From contig CBDBZY010000044.1 of assembly GCA_965213685.1 (NCBI GenBank), forward strand, positions 32,001 through 96,000: 64,000 nucleotides of DNA, read 5' to 3'. The notes under the pieces are model-generated. The model was not told the origin of the DNA. It did no database searches and saw only the letters and a list, made by a program, of their open reading frames with translations. This document shows, piece after piece, positions 56,724 through 64,000 of this stretch (the first letter of the stretch is position 1; each line of letters opens with the position of its first letter). The translations under genes were made by a program, and so were the position numbers. This stretch comes from a bacterium (lineage in GTDB: Bacteria; UBA8248).

Positions 56724-58967
56724 ATGAAACTTGGCACGGTTCCCTTCCTGAACGCGAGGCCGCTCACCATCGCGCTCGAGGAGAACCCCGAAGTCGAGCT
56801 CATCGTCGCCCCCCCCTCGGAGCTGGCGCGGGCGCTCTCGCGCGGCGAGGTGGATGGCGCCCTCGTCTCCTCGTTCGCCCTGTTCCAGATGCGCGGGGCG
56901 CGCTTCGCGCCCGGCGTGGGCATCGCGAGCAGGGGGCCCGTGGAGAGCATCCGCCTCTATTGCCGGCGGCCGGCGGATTCCCTGCGCCGCGTGGGGCTGG
57001 ACAGCTGGTCGCTCTCCGCTGCGCACATGGCGCGCGTCTACCTCAAGCGGCGGTGGGGCGCGACGCCCGAGTTCGTGCCCGTCGATCCGCTCCGGCCGCC
57101 CCGAGAGGACGAGACGCTCGACGCCTTTTTGCTCATCGGGGACAACGCGCTCCGGGAGGGGCCCGGGGAGCACTATGTTCTCGACCTGGGCGAGGAGTGG
57201 CATAACTTCACCGGGCTGCCCTTCGTCTATGCGCTCTGGGTGTTCCGGCCCGGGGCGGGAGACGCGGCGGACGCGGCCCTCCTGCAGAGGGCGAAAAAAG
57301 AGGGCGTGGGACGCATCGGGGAGATCATTGGCGGAGCGCTTCCGCCCGGCGTCGACGCGAACACGGCGTGGTGTTATCTCACCGAGTGCGTGCGCTACGA
57401 CGTGGGGGAGGAGGAGCTGGAGGGGCTGAAGCGATATTACGGGTTTCTGGTCGAGGACGGCCTGGCACCGGCCGGGTGGGAGCCTGCGCGCGTTGGCGAG
57501 GCGGCCCCCCGCGTGGAAATCGGGGAGCGGGAGGCGCCGGGGGAGGACGACATGGACGCGGACATCTGCTTCTCTAGCGTGTATGACCTTTCTGAATCCA
57601 TCCGCCGGAAGCGGATATCGCCGGTCGAGGTGGCGGAGGCGCACCTGCGCCGCATCGAATCGCTGAACCCCGGGATATTCGCCTACCAGACGGTGACGGC
57701 GGAGGAGGCCCTGGCCCAGGCGCGGGCGGCAGAGGAGGAGATCGTCCGGGGCCGGTGGCGGGGCCCGATGCACGGCGTGCCCTATGGCGTCAAGGACATC
57801 GTCGATACGGCGGGGGTTCTCACCACCCACGGCTCCTCGTTTCATCGGGACAACGTCCCGCGCGCGGACGCGGAGGTCGTCAGGCGCCTGAAGCGGGCGG
57901 GCGCCGTCATGCTGGGCAAGACGAACACCCATGAATTCGCGGCGGCGTCGACGACGATCAACCCCCATTACGGGACGACGCGCAACCCGTGGAACCCCGA
58001 TCGGATCGTCGGCGGCTCGAGCGGCGGCTCCGCCGCCGCCTGCGCGGCGGGCCTGGCCCCCGCCGCCATCGGCACGGACACGGGCGGCTCCATCCGCACG
58101 CCCTCCGTCCTGTGCGGGAGCGTGGGCCTCAAGCCGACCCATGGCCGGGTGAGCCTCGCGGGGATATGTCCGAACGTGCCGAGCTTCGACCACCCGGGCC
58201 CGATGACGCGCACCGCCCGCGACGCGGGGCTCATGCTGCAGGCGATGGCGGGGTACGACCCCCGGGACTCCCAGTCCAGAGACGCGCCCGTGCCCGACTT
58301 TACCGCGGGAATCGCGGACGGGGTGCGCGGCAGCCGCATTCTCGTATGTCCGGATTATCATGGGCGGCAGGAGGTGGACTCCGAGATCATGGCGGCGTTT
58401 GCGCGCGCGGCGGACGTGTTCCGCACCCTGGGCGCGGAGGTGGAGGAGGTCTCCTTCTCCCACCACCAGAGGCTTCTGGATCTGTTTCCGCCCATCGCGG
58501 GGCCTGAGTTCAGTGAATTCCACAGGCCGTTTTTCGAGCAAAACCCCGAAGGATACGGCGAGGACGTGCGCGAGCGCCTGGAGTGGTCGTTCCGCATACC
58601 CCTGGACGATTACGTGCGGGCGATGCGCGAGCGCGCCCTCGCCCGGCGCGAGGCGGCCAGGTTCTTCGAGGGGGCGGACGCCCTCATCCAGCCCGCCATG
58701 CCCTGCGTCGCCCCGCCGATAGAGACGCTCCTCGTCCGGATCAACGGGAGGGAGGTTCCCTATCCGCACATCCATCGTCCGTTTCTCTCCCCGCACAACG
58801 CCACCGGCTTTCCCGCGCTCGTCACCCCGATGGGGAAAAGCGCCGGGGGACTTCCGATGGGGCTGCAGATCGTGGGCGGGCACTGGCGCGAGGCGGACGT
58901 GCTGCGCGTCGCCCATGCGTATGAGGAGGCGACGGAGGAGCTGAGAGCCGGGAGGCCCGCCTTGTGA
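56724..58967 (+). CDS. mqnA: Chorismate dehydratase MqnA fused in frame to an amidase-signature domain
   Basis: First about 265 aa are MqnA (VPFLNARPL, LLIGDNAL, DLGEEW..TGLPFVYALW); from ATG 57552 an amidase (GVKDIV, GGSSGGS, GTDTGGSIR); no stop between them. Confidence 0.85.
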   Translation: MKLGTVPFLNARPLTIALEENPEVELIVAPPSELARALSRGEVDGALVSSFALFQMRGARFAPGVGIASRGPVESIRLYCRRPADSLRRVGLDSWSLSAAHMARVYLKRRWGATPEFVPVDPLRPPREDETLDAFLLIGDNALREGPGEHYVLDLGEEWHNFTGLPFVYALWVFRPGAGDAADAALLQRAKKEGVGRIGEIIGGALPPGVDANTAWCYLTECVRYDVGEEELEGLKRYYGFLVEDGLAPAGWEPARVGEAAPRVEIGEREAPGEDDMDADICFSSVYDLSESIRRKRISPVEVAEAHLRRIESLNPGIFAYQTVTAEEALAQARAAEEEIVRGRWRGPMHGVPYGVKDIVDTAGVLTTHGSSFHRDNVPRADAEVVRRLKRAGAVMLGKTNTHEFAAASTTINPHYGTTRNPWNPDRIVGGSSGGSAAACAAGLAPAAIGTDTGGSIRTPSVLCGSVGLKPTHGRVSLAGICPNVPSFDHPGPMTRTARDAGLMLQAMAGYDPRDSQSRDAPVPDFTAGIADGVRGSRILVCPDYHGRQEVDSEIMAAFARAADVFRTLGAEVEEVSFSHHQRLLDLFPPIAGPEFSEFHRPFFEQNPEGYGEDVRERLEWSFRIPLDDYVRAMRERALARREAARFFEGADALIQPAMPCVAPPIETLLVRINGREVPYPHIHRPFLSPHNATGFPALVTPMGKSAGGLPMGLQIVGGHWREADVLRVAHAYEEATEELRAGRPAL

Positions 58968-59085
58968 TCGGGATGCGGTGCGGCGGGGCGGAGAGGGCGT
59001 TTCGGGTGCGGCCTGGCCGACGGACGGGTGCGGGCCGCCGGAGGCTGCGCGTCCCGAGACGCCTGGCGGAGGATGGGAGGCGGTT

Positions 59086-59877
59086 TTGCCGAAAGTGCGG
59101 GTAGGCGACATCGACATCCACTATGCGGAGAGCGGGGAGGGCCCCCCGCTTCTTCTGGTGCACGGGTTCCAGAACTCGCACTTCACCTTCCGGCCGATAG
59201 CCGGCTGGCTGGCGGAGCGCTTCCGGGTTCTGGCGCTCGACCTGCGCGGCCACGGCGATTCGGACAAGCCGAGGGGCCCCTACGCCATCCGGACGTTCGC
59301 CGACGATGTGCTCGGCTTCCTGGACGCGCTCGAAATCGACCGCGTCGACTATCTCGGACAAAGCATGGGCGGGCGCACGGGCACGATGTTCGCGGTTCGG
59401 CACGCGGACCGGCTGCGGCGCCTGATGCTCTCCGCCTCCTCCGCCGGCCCGCCCTCGGGCGCCTACCGAACGATGTTCGAGGAGCAGCTGCGGGTTGTCG
59501 AATCCGGGGGGATGGAGGGGCTGCTGGAATTCAAGCGGCGGCGCGGCGACATTCCGCAGGGTTTGCGGGAGGGTGCCCTGGCGCGGGAGTATGCGGAGAG
59601 GTTTTTGAAGAATACGCCGCAAACGTTCGCTGATACCGCACACGCGCTGTTCCACATGCCCGACCTGCGGAGGGTGCTGCACAGAATCTCCGTCCCCACC
59701 TGGGTGTGCTACGGGGAGAACGACGCGGGCCCCCTTGATTTCAGCGACGCCTATTTCAGCCGCATACCGAATTGCGCGCGCTCGATCATTCCCGATGCGG
59801 GCCACAGCGTTTTCTGGGATCAGCCAGGCGCCTTCATCGCGCAGATGGAGGCGTTCCTGGAGGAGAACCCCGCCTGA
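59086..59877 (+). CDS. Alpha/beta hydrolase (3-oxoadipate enol-lactonase / MenH-like)
   Basis: TTG 59086 after GGGAGG; LVHGF, DLRGHGDS, GQSMGG, GEND and AGH. Confidence 0.88.
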   Translation: MPKVRVGDIDIHYAESGEGPPLLLVHGFQNSHFTFRPIAGWLAERFRVLALDLRGHGDSDKPRGPYAIRTFADDVLGFLDALEIDRVDYLGQSMGGRTGTMFAVRHADRLRRLMLSASSAGPPSGAYRTMFEEQLRVVESGGMEGLLEFKRRRGDIPQGLREGALAREYAERFLKNTPQTFADTAHALFHMPDLRRVLHRISVPTWVCYGENDAGPLDFSDAYFSRIPNCARSIIPDAGHSVFWDQPGAFIAQMEAFLEENPA

Positions 59878-59933
59878 GATTTTCGGGGGGAGGCGCGCGG
59901 AGGCCACAAAGCCCGCCGCCCGGCTTCTCCCGG

Positions 59934-59962
59934 TTGACCTCCCCGTTTTTCTTGCGCATGAT
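59934..59962 (+). promoter_or_regulatory. Possible internal promoter of mqnC
   Basis: TTGACC-N17-CATGAT ending 38 nt upstream of ATG 60001. Confidence 0.45.
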
Positions 59963-60000
59963 CCTCCGGGCGTTCCGGCGAGGCGGGGGAGGAGGAATTC

Positions 60001-61083
60001 ATGACGACGGCCACGACGGCTTTCTACGAGGCCATCGAAAAGGCGGCGGCGGGGGTGCGCCTCTCGTATGACGAGGGGCTGGCGCTGCTCGAGGGCGACG
60101 ACCTCGTGGCTCTGGGGGCCGCTGCGGACGACGCGCGCGCGCGTCTGCATCCGGAGGGGTACGCCACCTACTGCGTCGACAGGAACATCAACTACACGAA
60201 CGTGTGCGACGTGTACTGCACGTTTTGCGCGTTCTATCGGCCGCCGGGGGAGCATCCGGAGGCTTACGTCCGCACCAGAGAGGAGATCGGGCGAAAAATC
60301 GAGGAGCTCTACGAGGTCGGCGGCAGGCAGGTGCTACTCCAGGGGGGGCACCACCCGGATTTGCGGATCGAGTGGTATGAGGGGCTCTTCTCCTGGATGA
60401 AGGGCGCGTTTCCCGACCTCCACCTCCATGCCCTGAGTCCGCCCGAGATTCACCACATCGCCAGGCTCGAGGACATGCCCTACGAGGTGGTGCTCGCCCG
60501 CCTGCGGGAGGCGGGCCTCGACTCCCTGCCCGGCGGCGGCGGCGAGATTCTCGTGGACCGCGTGCGCGAGAAAATATCGCGGCTGAAGGTGAACGCCCAG
60601 GGCTGGCTCGACGTCATGCGCGCGGCCCACAGGCTGGGGATTCGCTCCACCGCCACGATGATGTTCGGCCACGCGGAGACCGAGGCCGAGCGGATGGAGC
60701 ACCTCCACCGTCTGCGCGCGCTGCAGGATGAGACGGGCGGGTTCACGGCCTACATCTGCTGGACGTTCCAGAACGACGGCGCGGCGACGCTCAAGGCGCA
60801 GACGGTGGGCAGCGGCGAGTATCTGCGGATGCTGGCGATCAGCCGGCTGTATCTCGACAACATCGTGAACTTTCAATCCTCCTGGGTGACGCAGGGGATG
60901 AAGATCGGCGAGATTTCCCTGCACTACGGGTGCAACGACATGGGTTCCACCATGCTGGAGGAGAACGTCGTCAGCGCCGCCGGCACGACATACGCCCTGA
61001 ACGAGGCCGACCTGCGCCGCATGGCGCGCAACGCCGGCCTCACTCCCAGGCGCCGCAATTTTTTCTACGAGTTGATCGACTAG
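60001..61083 (+). CDS. mqnC: Cyclic dehypoxanthinyl futalosine synthase (radical SAM)
   Basis: DRNINYTNVCDVYCTFCAF, LLQGGHHP, ATMMFGH, QSSWVTQG and MLEENVVSAAG. Confidence 0.95.
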   Translation: MTTATTAFYEAIEKAAAGVRLSYDEGLALLEGDDLVALGAAADDARARLHPEGYATYCVDRNINYTNVCDVYCTFCAFYRPPGEHPEAYVRTREEIGRKIEELYEVGGRQVLLQGGHHPDLRIEWYEGLFSWMKGAFPDLHLHALSPPEIHHIARLEDMPYEVVLARLREAGLDSLPGGGGEILVDRVREKISRLKVNAQGWLDVMRAAHRLGIRSTATMMFGHAETEAERMEHLHRLRALQDETGGFTAYICWTFQNDGAATLKAQTVGSGEYLRMLAISRLYLDNIVNFQSSWVTQGMKIGEISLHYGCNDMGSTMLEENVVSAAGTTYALNEADLRRMARNAGLTPRRRNFFYELID

Positions 61084-61092
61084 CACCCCCCA

Positions 61093-62376
61093 GTGGAACC
61101 GGAAGCCGCCCGCATGCCTCCTGCGCAGAACGCGGAGCTTTGGCTGGCGGACCTCCTCTGCCCGGTGGAGGGTCCGCCCATCCGGCGCGGCGCGCTCCTC
61201 ACGGCGGCGGGCCGGGTGCTGGCGGTGGGCGCGGAGGCTTTCGTGCGCCCCGCCGCACCAGTGGCCCGCGAGCGGGATTTCGGGCGGGCGGTTCTGATTC
61301 CGGGCCTGGTCAACGCGCATACGCACCTCGAGCTCTCCGGCCTCGCGGGGGAGGCGAAGCCGATGGCGGAGTGGATAGTGGCGCTCGTGCGGGAGACGAG
61401 AAGCTGGCCCGCGCACCTGTTTCTGGCCTCCGCCCGCATCGGCGTCGCCGCGAGCCTGGCCGCGGGCGTCACCTGCGTGGGCGACGTCTCGCGGTCCGGA
61501 GAAAGCGCTACGGCCATGGCGGACGCCGGAATGCGCGGAGTGGTGTTCCATGAGGCACTCGGGCTGGACCCCGCGCGCGCCGACGCGATTCTGGCGGAAA
61601 AACTCGAGGCGCGGGACGCTTTTCCGGAGTACCGGGGGCCCGTCCCCGGCGCCGTCCGGCACGGCCTCAGCCCCCATGCGCCCTATACGGCGTCGCCCGC
61701 GCTCTACCGGGCGGTGCGGGATGCGGCGAAGGCGAGGGGCTGGCCCGTGGCGACGCACCTGGCGGAGAGTCCGCACGAGGTCGAATTCTTGCAGGACGGC
61801 GGCGGCGCGTTCGCCCGGGTGCATCACGAACTCGGCGGCTCCCTGGATGGCTTTGCGCCCTCGGGCCTGCGGCCCGTCCCCCATCTGGAGTGTGCCGGCG
61901 CACTCGACGGCCTCCGCCTGGCGGTGCACGGGAACCAGACGAACGCGGAAGACTGGAGAACCCTCATCCGAAACGGGGTGCGCCTTTGTCTTTGCCCGCG
62001 CTCCGCGCGTTTTTTCTCGCATCCTTTCGCCGACGCGCGGGGGATGCGCGAGGCGGGCCTGGCTCTGTGCCTGGGGACGGACAGCCGGGCGAGCAGCCCG
62101 ACCCTGTCGATTCTGGAGGAGGCCCGCGCGCTTCGCGAGGCCGACCCGGAGGTCACGGACACAGAACTCCTCGCAATGTGCACCCGGGCGGGCGCCGAGG
62201 CACTCGGCTTCGGGGAGGCGGGCGCGCTCCGGGCGGGAGGCGCTGCGGATTTTTGCGTGGTGCATCCGCCGCCGGGCGCCGGCGACCCGCACCTAGGCGA
62301 CGTGTTCGACCGGGGCGCGTTCGTCGTCTGCACCGTCACGAACGGGGAGGTTCGCTACGAGGCGCCGAGTGGCTGA
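61093..62376 (+). CDS. Amidohydrolase, probable aminodeoxyfutalosine deaminase
   Basis: PGLVNAHTHLELS, SPHAPYT, THLAES..E and LGTDSRAS; directly after mqnC. Start GTG 61093 or ATG 61114. Confidence 0.75.
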   Translation: MEPEAARMPPAQNAELWLADLLCPVEGPPIRRGALLTAAGRVLAVGAEAFVRPAAPVARERDFGRAVLIPGLVNAHTHLELSGLAGEAKPMAEWIVALVRETRSWPAHLFLASARIGVAASLAAGVTCVGDVSRSGESATAMADAGMRGVVFHEALGLDPARADAILAEKLEARDAFPEYRGPVPGAVRHGLSPHAPYTASPALYRAVRDAAKARGWPVATHLAESPHEVEFLQDGGGAFARVHHELGGSLDGFAPSGLRPVPHLECAGALDGLRLAVHGNQTNAEDWRTLIRNGVRLCLCPRSARFFSHPFADARGMREAGLALCLGTDSRASSPTLSILEEARALREADPEVTDTELLAMCTRAGAEALGFGEAGALRAGGAADFCVVHPPPGAGDPHLGDVFDRGAFVVCTVTNGEVRYEAPSG

Positions 62377-62510
62377 GGCGGTTTTCAATTCGCCCGATTC
62401 GGATTTAGAATGCCCTCAGGCATCAGGAACGCCAACCGGAATCGAACGTCGCGTCCGGCGCGCTTTTCACACGGGAGGCGGGAAGCCTCCAGGGGGGAGA
62501 ACGAAAATTC

Positions 62511-63116
62511 ATGGCGAGAAAATTGACGAACTTCGACAATTCCGACTGGAAAACCCGCGAGCCGCGCTATGACGTGGCCGAGGCCGGCGTCGGCCGCATC
62601 CTCGCCATCCGCATGGCACCGGGAGACGACCTGTTCGGCACGACGCTCAAAATCTGCCAGGAGAAGGGCGTGCGGGCCGGCGTCATCCTGAGCGTGGCGG
62701 CGAGTCTGCAAAAGGCGGTGCTCCGAAACGTCTGGCAGTTTCCCGATCCGTTTCCCATCAACGACGACTGCCGCATCTTCACGCCGATCAACGGCCCGCT
62801 CGAGCTGCTGCAGATGAGCGGCAACATCACCCAGACCGAGGCGGGAGAGCCGTACCTCCACGCGCACGTCACCATCTCCATGGGCCGGCCCGAGGCGACC
62901 TGCTTCGGCGGACACCTCGTGGAGGGATGCACCATCTTCAGCACGTGCGAGATGGTGCTGGCCGAGCTGTCGGACATCTCCTTCATGCGCGTGATGGACA
63001 AGCACACCCGCGTGGGCGAGGTGTACGGCATCGAGACGGACGGAAAATCGAGCGCGGAAGTGCAGGGGGAGATTGCGCGGCGCAAGGCGCGTCCCAAGCC
63101 CGAGGGAGTGCGCTAG
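62511..63116 (+). CDS. PPC/DUF296 domain protein
   Basis: RMAPGDDL, LELLQMSGNI, HAHVTI and GGHLVEG. Confidence 0.85.
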   Translation: MARKLTNFDNSDWKTREPRYDVAEAGVGRILAIRMAPGDDLFGTTLKICQEKGVRAGVILSVAASLQKAVLRNVWQFPDPFPINDDCRIFTPINGPLELLQMSGNITQTEAGEPYLHAHVTISMGRPEATCFGGHLVEGCTIFSTCEMVLAELSDISFMRVMDKHTRVGEVYGIETDGKSSAEVQGEIARRKARPKPEGVR

Positions 63117-63664
63117 AGCCAGCGGCGCACGCCCTCGCGATAGGCGCGGTAGTCCGCGCCGAATTTCCCCTCCAGGTACTCCTCCTCGCGCGTGATGATC
63201 GCGACCTGGAGCGTGGCGAACAGCGGTGCGCCCAGAAATACTATCCAGAGGTTGTTGAAGAAAATCCCCAGCCCCAGATACAGGGACATCCATCCCAGAT
63301 AGATGGGGTTGCGGGAGAGGCGGTAGGGGCCGTCCGCGATGAGGGCGCGCGCCGGCTTGTCCGTCTCGTGCCGCGTCCCGGCCTTTCGGAAGCGCCCGAT
63401 GGCGGATGCGTGGAGGATCGCCCCGGCGAGCACCAGCCCCGCCCCGAGGGTGAAGCGGACGCTCTCCGAGAAGGCGTCGGTGGGAAACAGGGTGTCGAAC
63501 CCCACGCCCATGAGGAAATACATCGTGAAATGCCAGCCCGGCTTGATGGGGATGTCGGGACGATCCTCCGGCGTCTCCCCCTGCGGCTCCGGGCGTCCCC
63601 TCCGCCAGGGCATGAGCCGGTTCGGGTCGTCGAAATCCAGGAATTTCCGGAACCGGCCCGTCAT
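63113..63664 (-). CDS. Isoprenylcysteine carboxyl methyltransferase (ICMT/PEMT) family membrane protein
   Basis: LIADGPYRLSRNPIYLG and EEEYLEGKFGADYRAYREGVRRW. Confidence 0.88.
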   Translation of the reverse strand: MTGRFRKFLDFDDPNRLMPWRRGRPEPQGETPEDRPDIPIKPGWHFTMYFLMGVGFDTLFPTDAFSESVRFTLGAGLVLAGAILHASAIGRFRKAGTRHETDKPARALIADGPYRLSRNPIYLGWMSLYLGLGIFFNNLWIVFLGAPLFATLQVAIITREEEYLEGKFGADYRAYREGVRRWL

Positions 63665-63668
63665 GCGG

Positions 63669-63947
63669 TCACCCCCCGGAGGCGTCGTCTTTTCGGGACG
63701 CCTTGTAACGCTGGTTCATGCTCTGGGCGATTCCGGCCATGACGGCCGACGTGAGGTCGAAAGCGGCGTCCAGCACATCCTCCGGGATGCCCGCTCGCCC
63801 GGCGTCCGCCAGGCGGCGGTCCACTCACGGCTGGCAGTTGCGCACGATGGCGACGGCCAGGCCCATGAGCTTTTTCTCGCGGTCGGTGAGCAGGTCCGCG
63901 CGATGCGCGTCCCGGTAGAACCGGCGAAAATCGGCGCGCTCCGTCAT
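63669..63947 (-). CDS. Carboxymuconolactone decarboxylase/AhpD-like protein, probable selenoprotein (CxxU)
   Basis: 92 codons: LTDREKKLMGLAVAIVRNCQP-UGA-VDRRLADAGRAGIPEDVL. CMD pattern continues past the UGA at 63825-63827; good SD. Confidence 0.8.
63791..63819 (-). promoter_or_regulatory. Candidate bacterial SECIS hairpin
   Basis: CCGC-CGCCUGGC-GGAC-GCCGGGCG-A-GCGG: 8-bp upper stem, 4-bp lower stem, A bulge, and a G-first tetraloop starting 18 nt after the UGA. Confidence 0.65.
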
Positions 63948-64000
63948 TTTTTCTCCCCTGGAGGTGGCGGGCGGCGGAATCGGTGGATTATAAGGGCAGA

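Noticed and set aside
3006-62292. Many long antisense or alternate-frame ORFs (e.g. 3006-5156, 17075-19378, 54317-56950, 56625-59117, 60334-62292)
   Set aside because: Shadow ORFs of high-GC genes with no recognisable motifs.
1-64000. CRISPR arrays, tRNA/rRNA genes, IS elements, prophage genes
   Set aside because: None recognised by eye; short or divergent ncRNAs could have been missed without covariance searches.

Overview
A 64-kb GC-rich bacterial chromosome segment with about 60 genes. I found no rRNA, tRNA, CRISPR array, integrase or transposase. An outer-membrane beta-barrel, a BON lipoprotein and the futalosine menaquinone pathway point to a diderm organism, but the lineage cannot be fixed from the sequence alone. 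Core genes are glyA, typA, uvrA, lexA-dinB, pncA, thrB, ggt, a cyclophilin, and mqnE/mqnA/mqnC. Accessory catabolic genes include a W/Mo aldehyde:ferredoxin oxidoreductase cluster, a xanthine-dehydrogenase-family Mo subunit, two LLM monooxygenases, amidases, SDRs, a TPP enzyme and an acyl-CoA ligase. There is also an ATP-grasp/alpha-E/transglutaminase module and four separate DNA-methyltransferase or restriction loci in different states of decay. Features the ORF track misses or hides: (1) a 1.46-kb restriction-modification-like cassette with no mobility gene, inserted in an MmgE/PrpD gene between 18/16-bp direct repeats; (2) a probable CxxU selenoprotein of the CMD/AhpD family with a SECIS-like hairpin; (3) an in-frame MqnA-amidase fusion inside the mqn cluster; (4) a DUF151 nuclease with a signal peptide and a PDZ domain; (5) a candidate lineage-specific LexA operator. 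All family assignments come from motif recognition by eye; no database searches were run.
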